In this document: positions 13,845 to 27,493 of the stretch, piece after piece
Layout: every line of letters starts with the position of its first letter
How positions within the stretch are numbered: the stretch's first letter is position 1
Origin: Octopus vulgaris
Lineage: Eukaryota
Assembly: GCA_951406725.2 (NCBI GenBank)
Contig: OX597820.1
Span: 2,046,001-2,110,000 of the forward strand
Length of the DNA: 64,000 nucleotides
Reading direction: 5' to 3'
Notes under the pieces: model-generated
The model's database searches: none
What the model was told of the DNA's origin: nothing
Seen by the model: only the letters and a program-made list of their open reading frames with translations
Made by a program: the position numbers and the translations under genes

Positions 13845-14140
13845 CTTCTATGTTTAAGAGATGAGGAATTATGTACATTATTTACATTTAACAGATATTT
13901 GTCATCTTGTTTGTTGTTAATACAATGTTTCGTCTGATATACCCTCCAGCCTTCATCAGGTGTCTTGGGAAATTATTACTACTATTCAGGTCACTGCCTG
14001 GAATTGAACTCGTAACCTTGGGGTTAGTAGACCGCGCTCTTAACCACTACGCCATATGCCCGTGGCCAATTATGGAGTGAATTTTAGAGCTTATTAATCA
14101 AATATTCTCCTATCTTCCCTTAATACCGGTTCCCATATTA
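13845..14140 (-). mobile_element. Composite short element: tRNA-like Pol III head (13995-14061), hammerhead motif (13920-13964) and PLE-type tail
   Basis: Minus: A box TGGCGTAGTGG (14044-14054), B box GAGTTCAATTCC (14000-14011), then ACAC-CTGATGA-A-GGCTG-loop-CAGAC-GAAA-CATTG with partly mutated stems. Confidence 0.6.
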
Positions 14141-14351
14141 CTCTTTTACTCTTTTACTTGTTTCAGTCATTTGACTGCGGCCATGCTGGAGCACCGCCTT
14201 GATTCGAGCAACTCGATCCTGGGACTTATTCTTTTGTAAGCCCAGTACTTATTCTATCGGTCTCTTTTGCCGAACCGCCAAGTAACGGGGACATAAACAC
14301 ACCAGCATCGGTTGTCAAGCAATGCTAGGGGCACACACACAAACACACACA

Positions 14352-14399
<48 letters not shown>

Positions 14400-14461
14400 T
14401 ACGACGGGCTTCTTTTAGTTTCCGTCTACCAAATCCACTCACAAGGCTTTGGTCGGCCCGA

Positions 14462-14890
14462 GATATGCTGTTCATATCTGCACTTGGTCTGCTTAGGAGA
14501 TTGTTGTGTCCTAGCATATGTGCTGCCTCTTTTAGTTTTCGTATTTTCTAGTGAATATCTCTGTCTATTATTTTAACTTCATCCCACAAGGGGAGGTGGT
14601 CTCCATTTTTCCATACATGATCAGCTAAATCTGATTTTTCGATATCTCCTCGTGTCACAGCTTTGCGATGTTCCTCTACCCTTATTTTGAGGGGCGGCAT
14701 GTTTCGCCTTTGTATACTCTACCACAGCTGCATGGGATGGAGTACACGCAGTTTTTAGTCATATTCGAAGGAGATATTTGTGAAGTGTTGTATTACTCTT
14801 GAATACTGACTGTCCTGATATCATATGGGCTGCATATCTTTTGTATCTCTTCGGAGAAGCCTTTCACATGAGGTAGACAGACTGTGAAAG
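14462..14890 (-). pseudogene. Penelope/Poseidon-type GIY-YIG endonuclease fragment
   Basis: Manual minus-strand translation across frameshifts: VCLPHVKGFSEEIQKIC...CVYSIPCSCGRVYKGETCRP...IRVEEHRKAV...KSDLADHVW...WDEVKIIDRE...EAAHM. Confidence 0.8.
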
Positions 14891-15495
14891 GCCAAAAGGG
14901 ACGATAGAATAAAACTTTAAAAAACATGTACTGAGTGCAATTTGTTCGATTAAACCTTCGAGGTGGTGCTCCAGCATGGCCGCAGTCTGTGACCTAAACA
15001 AGTAAACGATAAAAGATTTTTACGCACAAAGTGTATTATATAAAATGAAACCCACACCAAGTACAGAACAGGCGAACTCATAATTGCAGGAAACCTTTTG
15101 AGGGGACACAAAACGCGACAACCTAAAATGCAAGCTGATACTGGTAATACATTACCAGAATGATATAAGATAGCCTTTTATTTACCAACACATCGCAGGC
15201 ACGTCAACTAAGAAATATACTCAGCGTGAACCATGTAATTTATGAATTTGACTGTAAATGGGAGAGTTACAAACGTCAGTCCTCACTGTAACATTGAACA
15301 GATTAGTATAACGCTATATCGTAGGCTCAGCAGGCTTTTAAAACAAGGATCAGTTACAGCGCTGAGGAAAGTATCGTAAAAAATAAGGCGAGACATTAAA
15401 AGAGAATAACTTCCATACTTTACAAAACTTCCCACAGAAACTCAAGGCTGATTATGAAAACATACATACATACATATATATATACATACATACAT

Positions 15496-15606
<111 letters not shown>

Positions 15607-15637
15607 TAGATAGATAGATAGATATATATATATATAC

Positions 15638-15719
<82 letters not shown>

Positions 15720-15721
<2 letters not shown>

Positions 15722-18115
15722 GGAGTAAACACATAAATGTGAAACAAGGTGGAAAAAAGAGTACTCAAATACCAGTGGTAGAGTAATATGCTTTATTTTA
15801 AGCAGCAGAAAATTCAACAAAATCTGTTACTCTGAGTTTCTCGTTGCCGTTCATCAGACAGTTTTTGCTAGAATGGAACTGATATATCAATTCAATCTAT
15901 ACTCTTACAAACGCTACACCTTTAAAAAGAAATGGACTTGTTTGATTGGCCCTTTAGAAAAAACGGTCAATCTTCGAGCGATAAACAAAAAGGTCAAAAA
16001 TATATGTATATATATATAAAAAACTTATAAAAATTATAAAATCCGAGGAAAAAACCTATTGACGTTAATGAAGACAGTGCAAATTAATGCATAGAAATTA
16101 AACCTGTTATAAATACTGCAATACATATTTATATTAAAATCTACATATATATATCAACATACACAAAAGGATGCGCGTAAACGCCATACATACATATACA
16201 GACGTATGAATATAAATCTAAATATACACATAAAAGCATGTGTACATATATTCACGCAAACCGTCTCGCACGCAAGCTAAAATTCATCTATGTAGCAATT
16301 CTCATATACTGAGCAAGGAGGGGGAACGAAAGAAAGGGAGAGAGAGAAAAAGGAACGAAGGAGGGGTGGGGAAAAAACGAAATAAGAAAAAATTATGTAT
16401 ACAAGCAGTGTAACGGTATTATTGGCATATATAGAGACCAGTATACATACACAAGTTTGAATGGATACATATACATACAGTCGTGTATATGTGTGCTTAA
16501 GCACAAACATACTTTCACTTACACATACACAGATACGCATGCTTACAAATACATATGCTTTGCTATACACATACTTATATAAACATTCTAATTTTGACAA
16601 CATTGCTTTTTTAAAAAAAAACATTGCTTTTAAAAATGGGTGCATTAATAAAAATATATACGAAAGACATATAAAATAAAATATAACATCCTATTTTGGG
16701 TCATTTATAAATAATCAAGGTAATATAAATAATCAAGGTAATCCTATGCAATACAATAACATGAAAACAAAGTTTGTAGGTTTTTCCTAATATATATGTA
16801 GAAACATAAGACTTTGCTATACGGATTAAGATCCGCATAGCTTGGAAACAAAAACAAAATCCATCGTAGCGCTCATCGTTCAAGAGTCAAAATCAAAATC
16901 AAAAATACAAAATATATACTCTATCCATATGGTATATTTATATTCGACATTTTAAATTTAGCCGCGTGCCTACATAAGTTCATTAGCTCACTTCTTTGAT
17001 TCAAAGAATTATTGTCTTTGAATAAGATATACATTTTTTCTAATAGACAAAGCTTGCACTTGAAATTATTTTTGTGTGCTCCATGCCTGTATGGTGCCGC
17101 CCTGTCCAGAATGCTCCATGTCACGTTGAAAGGTGGGGCTTCCTTTTCTTTTAGTTCCCAGACATATTTTGCTAGGCTGGTTTTCTTCCTATTCTCTGGG
17201 TATTTAAATGAATTTTTATGAGAATAAAATCTTGTTTGAAATGAATTTTCTGAAGCCCCTGTGTATGTCTTGTATTCCGATGAGCCTTCCACTTGCACCT
17301 TGGCTCTATAAACTACTCCTTTCACTAGACATTTCTCTTCTAACGGACAGGAGCTTTCGTTTTTGAAATTACATTTCTTAATGGGCTCGGCACCATGTCT
17401 AATCTCAATTAGCTTCCTATTATGTTGGCTAATGTAAGAGGCGAAATTTCTGCAACAAGAATAGCTAACCTTCAGGGTTCTTCTATTAAATATTCTATAG
17501 AATTTATGACCCTGCTTAAAATGCTTAGAGACTAATCTCAAAAATTCCTTACCTATATTAGTCTTTACGGCCAAATTGAAAGCCGGGTTGAACCACAAAA
17601 CTTTCCTGGTCCTAGTTCTTCGTGCAGCATTATTATCAGCATTAAGCTGGTTGAACTGGATCTTCTCAGAGAATCCACTATTCTTTAATGCGCTATCGTA
17701 ATAAGGTGCAGCATTATGGAATGCTGCCTCGTCCGAAGAAATTGAAGATATTCTTCTACCTACATTGCTGACTAAGTTCCTAAGGATAACTGGTGGATGG
17801 TTCGAATCTTTGCTAATATACGATAGCTTTTCATTGGGCTTACGGAAAGGTTTAAATCTATCCGATCTTACATTAAAATTTACGTCTAAAAAATCTACAC
17901 TATTCAGGTTAGCATCTATCGTAACCCGTAAGCCCATCCTTTGAAAGAAAGCTATAAGGTCCTTCCTAAGTCTATCTGATTCATGGCCGTTTAGATTATG
18001 CGTGGCTATAAGGCCGTCATAAACCTGCATCTATAAATGGGAATTCTATTTTTAGATTATGGAGAATAAAGGCTCCTATGAGCATACATAATTCAGCCCC
18101 GTCGTATGCCCCCAT
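15720..18115 (-). mobile_element. 5'-truncated Penelope-like element: RT C-terminal half plus GIY-YIG (ORF 16921-18030), about 1.2 kb 3' region and pseudo-LTR with hammerhead
   Basis: MGAYDGAELCMLIG (about 18115-18074) then a broken GLY..DG catalytic motif, VDFLDV, WFNP, KVSYSC, VVYRAKV...YTGASE...RFYSH, CKLCLLEK. Hammerhead at 15819-15866. Bounded by (TA)n on both sides. Confidence 0.9.
15819..15866 (-). ncRNA. Minimal type I hammerhead ribozyme in the PLE pseudo-LTR
   Basis: AAAAACTGT-CTGATGA-ACGGCAACGA-GAAA-CTCAGAG-TA-ACAGATTTT: canonical core, stem I of 8/9 bp, near-palindromic stem III. Confidence 0.75.
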
Positions 18116-18146
18116 TAAATTATTTTGTCAGCATTTTCTTCATTTC

Positions 18147-18220
<74 letters not shown>

Positions 18221-18297
18221 TATTTAAAGGTCACAATACATGTATTAAAGAGCTACTGATAGTTTCAAACGTTGAGAAAACTCAAACATATTCTCCA

Positions 18298-18606
18298 GGC
18301 GCCAGTGGTTAGAGCGTCGAGCTTACAATCGAGAGGTTGTGAGCTCGAATCCCGGACCGGACTGCGTGTTGTGTTCTTGAGCAAGACACTTTATTTCACG
18401 TTGCTCCAGTTAACTCAGCTGTAGAAATGAGTTGCAACATCACTGGTACCAAGCTGTATCGGCCCCTTTGCCTTTCCCTTGGATAACATCAGTGGTGTGG
18501 AGAAGAGAAGCTGGTATGCATGGGCGACTGCTGGCCTTCCACAAACTACCTTGGCCGGACTTGTGCCTCGGAGGGTAACTTTCTAGGTGCAATCCCATGG
18601 TCAATT
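18298..18606 (+). mobile_element. tRNA-derived SINE family C (partial second copy at about 54010-54120)
   Basis: CAGTGGTTAGAGCG (A box), GAGCTCGAATCCC (B box), CORE/V-like GTGTTCTTGAGCAAGACACTTTA. Confidence 0.75.
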
Positions 18607-19078
18607 CAAATATATTTGGGATATATTTCAACTTGTAAAAGAAATTTCCCTGCAGTTGACTGTGGAGTAAACATTCTTGCTTATCGTAAAAAGTGTAAAG
18701 ACACTATCATCAGCTCAAAGCGCCCTCTGGGAACCGCTAGATCCGTATTTCTTGCTCTTGTGACGTCAGTAACTGATAGCAAGAAGAGGTAACAGCGAGT
18801 CGTCCGAAAGCCTTGGCAGTAAATACTTATGACTGATTCGTGTTATTCGACCGCTTGGTTTCAACAAATATATAAAGAGTAGTGCAAAGCAGTGTTGGGG
18901 GAAATAAGGGAACTTTAGGTCAGTTCAAATATTGTGGGGGAAATATTTGATCTTCGAAAGGTAATTTCACTGTAGTTTGCCATGAAGACAAAAATTCTTA
19001 CTTATGGCGGTAAAAGTGTTGAGACACCATGATCAGCTCACAGAGTCCGAGCGCGCACGCATGAGTGTGCGTGTGTGC

Positions 19079-19112
<34 letters not shown>

Positions 19113-20692
19113 ATACACATATATTCATATGCATGCATACACACACATGATCGTCTTCCAGACGACTGTTTTGCCCAGTGTTTGACCTCTGACCTTTAAC
19201 TAGTAACAGCTGATAGAGCTGAATGTTATAAATGTTATTAGAACAAAGTCGAACGATGCCCTGGGCACACTCCATCATTGGCTTCCCCCACCATCGACCT
19301 TTTCAATGCCAACCAAAAAGACATTAAGATCTCATTGAAAAATACCAGAATATGAATTCTGTTTGTTTAAATTATGCCTCGTTTTTCAGTCAAAGCATTC
19401 GGCGTCAGTTGTTCTGTTTGTTCCGAGGTAATGTGTTTCTCTCGACCCTTCGGACTCACAAGGCCTGTTACCCGGTTCTCATGGCGTATGGCTTTTCACC
19501 TGAAAAGGAACACCGGTCCGTTGCAGGATACAACGCAAGCAATTTATGAAAGGAGGTCACTTGATTACATCGACCCCAATATTTGCGACCACGAAGGGAT
19601 AAAAGGTGAAGTTCACCTCGTCAGGGTTTGAACTCAGAACGTAAAGAGCCGGAATAAATGGCTCTGAGCATTTTTGTCCAACGTGCTAATCCTTTTGGCA
19701 GCTTGCCGCTTTACCAAGATAAAAACTAAACTGGAAAACTCTGGGGCCGCGTTCCTATCTTAAAAAAGTGAGGCATTCGCTTGAAGGTTATCTTCTCTTT
19801 CGTCGGGTATTTTGTGTGTGTGCGTGTGTGTGTGTTCGTTTCATTGTTTGTGCGTGAGCGTATGAATACTTGTGAGTGTGTATGCATGTGTGTATGCGCA
19901 TGCGCATGCGCATGTCTCTGTGTGTGTATGTGCACACGCGCATGTGAAATTGCGTGTGTTTCTAGCAAGGGGCGGATATAGAGCAAAATGTTTATATATG
20001 ACTGTGTGAATGTTGAGCAGCTCAATAAAAAATTACCTGCTGGACTGCCAAAGACTCGATTAAAGGGCGTACGCGCGCACACCCTCCCTCCACGCACACA
20101 CACACACTCACACTTTCACTGACTCATCTACACAGGTGTTAACTTAAAAATAGATGACCGGACATATTTTAAACCCAGGTGGTAATTGTCAAGTTAAAAT
20201 GCGTGCGTAAATGTATGAACTCACGGATTTACAAACACACAGTCACACCGCATGCGCACACACGAAGCAAACATCCTACACGCAGACAGATACGCTCATA
20301 CACATATTTTGAAATGTGTTACGCAAACTTACAGGCCGCCATTTCTGTTTTAATTCGTTAAATACAAAAATGTCTGGCACAGGTGACTTTACGTATGTCT
20401 GCACATACAGGTATGCACACACGCATATATGTGGATAGGGTTATGCATGTATGTTACACAGGTAACGAATTGTGTGTGTGTAGGTATGTGTATTCTTGTA
20501 TTTGTTTCAGTCATTTTGACTGCGGCCATGCAGGAGCACCGCCTTTTAGTCGGACGAATTGACCCCGGGACTTATTTCTTTGTAAGCCTAGTACATATTC
20601 TATCGGTTCTCTTTTGCCGAACCACCAGGTTACGAGGACGTAAACACACCAACATCGGTTGTCAAGCTATGGTGGGGGAACAAACACACGCA

Positions 20693-20741
<49 letters not shown>

Positions 20742-21791
20742 GACAGGCTTCTTTCATTTTCCGTCTACCAAATTCACTCACAAGACTTTGGTCGGCCCAA
20801 GGCTATAGTAGAAAACACTTGCCCAAGGTGTCACGCAGCGGAACTGAACCATGTGGTTGGGAAGCAAGCTACTTACCACACAGCCACTCCTACACCAATA
20901 TATACAAGAGGAAAAAGGACAACAAAACAAAGGCAGGACGAGTATCACAAATCCTTTAGTTGTCCTTTTTCCTCTTATATGTACCTACTAACCCAGAAAC
21001 CTACAACTCATCCCTAGCTCCGGCCTCAACTGTGAACTTGGAACCTAAAGGATAACTAATTATAGCACTTACACAGCGTAGCTATTCGTTTAGATCACCA
21101 GTGAGTTAAAGCCCATCGTATTCTTTATATATATATCTTTATATATATATTATTTTCTCGGTCCGCTGTTCCAGAGAGTGTCGAAGGAGGAGAGTCCTCA
21201 GGCACCGCCTCCTTAATATCGAACAGAAGCAACCGTCGTTACCTCCTGTTTGTGAGTCGAGTTGTTATGAAAACAATCTGGCATTAAACTGAAGGATTGC
21301 TCAATGTTTTTGTCGAGTACATATTCATTGCACTTTAACAAGAATGGTGATGACAGTGACATCGAAGTTTCGACACTAAATCGGCTGAAACTCTGTATAC
21401 ACAATGTGCATTGCAGATGTTTTGAGAATTAACTGTCCTGGATACTCGTAATTTTAATATGACATTACAATACATCTAAAAAGCTGACCGGCCAACTTTT
21501 GCTATTCCAGGTTGGAGGAGGCGGCGGCAGCAGTCGTTTGACCACAGCTGGCGAGTTTCCAGAATGCCGTCAGGATGTGAAGACAACTTGGAAGCTCGAT
21601 CTACGATAAAGTTTTGTCTTTAAACTAGACAAATAGGCGCTGGAGTGGCTGTGTGGTAAGCAGCTTGCTTACGAACCACCTGGATCCGGGTTCAGTCTCA
21701 CTGTGTGGCACCTTCAGCAAGTGTCTTCTACTATAACTTCGGGCCAACCAAAGCCTTGTGAGTGGATTTGGTAGACGAAAACTGAAAAAAA

Positions 21792-21836
<45 letters not shown>

Positions 21837-22152
21837 GTCTGCGTTTGTCTTCCTGTCCCCGTAAGCTAGCGGTTCGGCAAAAGAAACCAATAGAATAAGT
21901 GCTTGGCTTACAAAGAATAAGTCCAGGGATCGATTTCTTCGACTAAAATCTTTTAAGGCAGTGCTCCAGCATGGCCGCAGTCAAATGACTGAAACAAGTA
22001 AAAGGATAAAAGAACAAATCTACCCCTGGACCTATTCTCTGTAAGCCTAGTACTTATTCTATCGGTGTATTTAGCTGAACCGCTAAGTTACGGGGATGTG
22101 AGCACACCAACATCGGTTACCAAGCGATGGTAGGGGGACAAAGAGACACACA

Positions 22153-22196
<44 letters not shown>

Positions 22197-22204
22197 AGCC
22201 CGTC

Positions 22205-22258
<54 letters not shown>

Positions 22259-22417
22259 GACGGGCTTCTTTCAGTTTCCATCTACCAAATCCACTCACAA
22301 GGCTTTGGTCGGCCCGAAGCTATAGTAGAAGACACTGGTCCAAGGTACCACGCAGTGGGACTGAACCCGGAACCATGTGGTTGGTAAGCAAGCTCTTACC
22401 ACACAGCCACTCCTGTG

Positions 22418-22455
<38 letters not shown>

Positions 22456-22483
22456 TATATATATGTATATATATGTATATAAT

Positions 22484-22565
<82 letters not shown>

Positions 22566-22805
22566 TGAGAATATGTTGTCTATTGACTTTTTATACATGT
22601 TAGGCCACTTGTAGTGAAATTTCTAAAAATATTCGCTACCCTATATATTTTTACGTATATGAGTTTAGCATTTCGAAGATCGGTTCGGCGTTCTTCATCT
22701 ACTTCCGACTGAAAATGCGCTTGCGCGGTGAATTTTGAAAAATTATAACATATAATGATGAGACACCTGCTATTTGTCTCTAAATTATATGTTAATTGTT
22801 AAGGC

Positions 22806-22879
22806 ACGGTTACTGATGAGAATTTCGCCTGGCAAATTATTTTATTTGCTAAAAAAATTCGAAACCTAGGCATAACCGT
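22806..22879 (+). ncRNA. Hammerhead-like motif with 7-bp stem I and a U16.1C substitution
   Basis: ACGGTTA-CTGATGA-GAATTT...AAATTC-GAAA-CCTAGG-CA-TAACCGT. Confidence 0.7.
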
Positions 22880-22999
22880 AAAAATATAACAAGGTAAAAG
22901 TTTTTATTTTTATTCCCTTCGAAAATTGCTCTTAAATGACGCTTTGGTCGTTTTGGCTGCCTCTTCTGTTACAGATAGTTTCTCTTTTGTTTAAATGTA

Positions 23000-23049
<50 letters not shown>

Positions 23050-23815
23050 ATACATACACATATATGGGTTTCCACTGTTTCCGTCTACCGAATTCCCTAT
23101 TCGGCCCGAAACTGTAGTAGAAGAGAGGCGCTTGCCTAACGTACCGCACAGGAGGGCGGAAATCGATGCCACGTATATCCACAGAAGTGCAGACATACAC
23201 AATCACACAGAGACGCGCTCACGCACACACACACACAAGCACTCCTTCGATTTAGAGAGAGCGAAAAAGATAAATAGAGTGAAAGAACGGAGAGAGAAAA
23301 GCTGCTTCTATTCCTCCCGCTCCCCCTCTTCCTCCTCCTCATCCTCCTCCTTCTCCTCCTACTACCACCACCATCACCGCTACTACTACTGCTGCTGCTA
23401 CGCTACAGCGATGTAAGGCTTGAAGCCAGATTTATCGCCTGCGCGCCGGAATAAACAGATGACATTTTCACGAAGGAAGCCAGCTTACGTGCTGCATTTC
23501 ATCTAACTTTGCTGAGCAGCAGATTTCAATGTGACAAAGACAAACTATGAATGATACCCTGAGTATCAATTTCTCTCTATATTTGTTTTCTTTGTTCTCT
23601 AAGTTTTGAATACGGAATTTTTCCGCTGAAATACCAGCTTCAAGCTACGCATCATTGTATGAGTTTATTGGAGAAGATGGTGATACAATTGCAGTGGACA
23701 GCATTGTATTATTCCTTCAATCGTGTTGACGGGAAATATCCAACGATCTGTATATCGTATTTCATTTACATATATATTTATGTAAATGTGTGGGAGAAGG
23801 CTAAATCAAGCGTGG

Positions 23816-23848
<33 letters not shown>

Positions 23849-23879
23849 CAAACATAAATAAATACATACATACATGTTT

Positions 23880-24226
23880 TTTTGGCACTCCGTCGGTTAC
23901 GACGACGAGGGTTCCAGTTAATCCAATCAACAGAACAGACTGCTCGTGAAATTAACGTGCAAGTGGCTGAGCACTCCACAGAGACGTGACACAGAGTGTG
24001 ACAAGGCTGGCCCTTTTAAATACGGGGGCAACAGAAACAGAAAGAAAGAATGAGAGAAAGTTGTGGTGAAAGAGTAGAGCAGGGTTCGCCACCACCCACT
24101 GCCGGAGCCTCGTAGAGCTTTAGGTGTTTTCGCTCAATAAACACTCACAACACCTGGTGTGGAAATCGAAACCGCGATCCTACAACCGCGAGTCCACTGC
24201 CCTTACCACTGGGCCATTGCGCCTCC
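23880..24226 (-). mobile_element. tRNA-derived SINE family D (second copy 62500-62880, minus)
   Basis: Head GGAGGCGCAATGGCCCAGTGGTAAGGGCAG...GGTTTCGATT; body shared between the two copies. Confidence 0.8.
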
Positions 24227-24263
24227 ACACATACATACATACATACATACATACATACATACA

Positions 24264-24296
<33 letters not shown>

Positions 24297-24306
24297 GTGT
24301 GTGTAT

Positions 24307-24394
<88 letters not shown>

Positions 24395-26318
24395 GGCGAG
24401 CAGGTAGAATCGTTAGCACACCGGGCGAAATGCTTAACGGTATTTCGTCCATCTTTACATTCTGAGTTCAAATCCCGCCGAAGGTGACTTTCCCTTTCAT
24501 CCTTTCGGTGTCGATAAATTAAGTACCAGTTAAGTACTGAGCTCGATCTATATCAATCATATATGAACAATGTAAATTAAAATATGGCTTGGACTCTCAT
24601 AAATATTCACTAGAAAACTGAAAACGCTACTTAGATGACTGCCTGATTTCGTGGACGCATACGGCAAAAGCCTTGTGAGTGGATTTGATAGAAGGAAATT
24701 AAAAGAAGCCCGTCGCATATACATATGTGAGTGGTGTGTGTCTGTATTTGCCCCTTACCCCACCAACATCACTTAACAACCGATGTTGGTGTGTTCACGT
24801 CCCCGTAAATTAGCGGTTCGGCAAAATAGACCGATAGAATACGTACTAGGCTTGCAAAGAATAAGTCCTGGGGTAGATTTGTTCGACTAAAAGGCGGTGC
24901 TCCAGCATGGCCACAGTCAAATGACTGAAACTGGTAAAAGTAAAAGAATAAACTATATTCACCAACAACTATTTGTGCGTCTATGTAGTCTGGTGGTCGG
25001 TTTTCGATGCAAAAATATTGTCTCACGTCAACGTACAGACTTCGCGGAGAACATTACAAAAATGTCTAAGATCACTGGTAATCCTGAGATCTACTACATT
25101 TGACGGATAAAATTCAGACATCCCTGACTGCTAGAGATTGGAGCCAGTCATGTTCACTCAACCGTGACAGCCTTAACTAACGATACCAAACATATTGTCA
25201 CCACATGACATTAAAGAACTGACAAAAAATTCTAAACCCGATCACCTGATCATCCTTGACGAATCAAAACGTATCTAAAGCATACTATTTTGAGATATGT
25301 TCGCACTATGAAAAAGAAGGCAATTTTTGAAATCCAGTCAGAAACAAGACAGTTGCAGCATATCTCGACGTCTTTCTGTCTCAACGTATGAAAATAACAG
25401 AGTCTGTGAAACCGGTTAAGTTTTTACTGTATTTTAGAATATAAAGTCTAAAACAAATCCCAGTGCATTTTCAATTTCTTTTATCTATATTTTTACCCGT
25501 GTGAGATAAAATAACTTTGTTATATATATATACTTTGTATTATATACAAACAAGCATCACGGTAGGCCAACAACAGAGGGAGAAGCAGTTTGTCAAGTTT
25601 TACCTTCCTCTCTAAGCAACATAGAGATTTCAATTCAGCAGCCCATCTGTAACTTTTGCAGTGTGTTTGTGTGAGAGAGGGAGAGAGGGGGGGAGAACAT
25701 TGCAAACAATGAATGGAATAAATGTGAAATGTAAAAATCGTATAAATAAAAGAGCGTTACTACAGATGTGTACGCTCCGACTTTGTTGACTCAAGACATC
25801 CAGAAAAATGGATACTTTTTAGCAAAATTTTCTACAAATACCGCTTAGATGTTGTGGCTTCAGAGTATACAGGGATTTATTAGAAAGAATTTTTCCGTGG
25901 GGGTGGAGAGAGGAGTTTTGGAAAATGCACACAATCTGACTGTTTTCCTACATAATTTTCAGGAAGATGGGTATTTTTTTAATGAAAATTTATACAAATC
26001 CCTTTCAAACAGCATAGATTACAATTATAAAGAAATTTGTGGGGAAATTTCTCGTGGATTTTCCCCATTTTTTTTAAAACCACAGCCTTTGAAATGATGG
26101 AGTGGGGATGGGATACATCTTTAACTGAAAAAAGTTTTGAAAACACTTTTTTGTACACAAACCCCTGGCGAGTAAAAGGTGTTTCTCTTGTTTATTATTG
26201 GAGAAATAAACCAGTTACTGATGTAGGCTGGAGAAGTCGGCATATTTCAAGTGGAAGGCGTTCAAACCAGACTTTTTAAACGGTTCTCTACACCTGCACG
26301 TCCGATGTTGACGGTACC

Positions 26319-26381
26319 ATGTATGTATGTATGTATGTATGTATGTATGTATGTATGTATGTATGTATGTATGTATGTATG

Positions 26382-26415
<34 letters not shown>

Positions 26416-26851
26416 TGTATGTATGTATGTATGTTTGTATGTATGTATGTTTGTATGTTTGTATGTATGTATGTATGTTTGTATGTATGTATGTTTGTAT
26501 GTTTGTATGTTTGTATGTATGTATGTTTGTATGTACATGTATATGTATGTCTGTATACTAGGGACAGGCATTCATACACATACACACATACATGCATACA
26601 TACATACATACATACATACATGCATACATACATACATACATACATACATACATACACACACATACATACATACATATATACATACATACATACATACATA
26701 CATACGTACACACACATACATACATACACACACACACACATACATACACACACACACACATACATACACACACACATACATACATACATACATACATACA
26801 TACATACACACACATACATACATACACACACACATACATACACACACACAC

Positions 26852-26882
<31 letters not shown>

Positions 26883-26942
26883 CATACACACATACATACA
26901 CACACACACATACATACACACATACATACATACATACATACA

Positions 26943-26972
<30 letters not shown>
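26319..26972. repeat. (TATG)n array followed by its reverse complement (CATA/CA)n
   Basis: Direct reading; the two arrays are separated by about 20 bp at 26555-26573. Confidence 0.9.
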
Positions 26973-26973
<1 letters not shown>

Positions 26974-27493
26974 GCAACTCGATAATAAACGATAAATCAA
27001 CGAAATGCCGAAGGGTCATTAGCGGTGGGACATCCACAATATCAGTTTGACGCTGGTTGAAAGGTTATATATATTTCTTTTATTCTTGTACTTGTTGCAG
27101 TCATTTGACTGCGGCCATGCTGGAGCACCGCCTTTAATCGAGCAACTCGACCCCGGGACTTATTCTTTGTAAGCCCAGTACTTATTCTATCGGTCTCGTT
27201 TGCCGAACCGCTAAGTAACGGGGACATAAACACACCAGCATCGGTTGTCAAGCAATGCTAGGAGGACAAACACAGACACAAACACACACACGCATATATA
27301 TATATATATACATATATACGACAGGCTTCTTTTAGTTTCCGTCTACCAAATCCACTCACAAGGCTTTGGTCGGCCCGAGGCTATAGTAGAAGGCACTTGC
27401 CCAAGGTGCCACGTAGTGGGACTGAATCCGGAACCATGTGGTTGGTAAACAAGCTACTTACCACTCAGCCACTCCTGCGCCTATATATATAAT

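Noticed and set aside
13995-14061. Functional tRNA gene (also SINE heads at about 18298 and 24160-24226)
   Set aside because: A/B boxes are present but I could not form a full cloverleaf with an acceptor stem, and each head runs into repeat bodies.
18015-18030. In-frame TGA in the PLE RT as possible selenocysteine recoding
   Set aside because: Downstream homology continues in a different frame, so it is a frameshift at the catalytic motif rather than readthrough.
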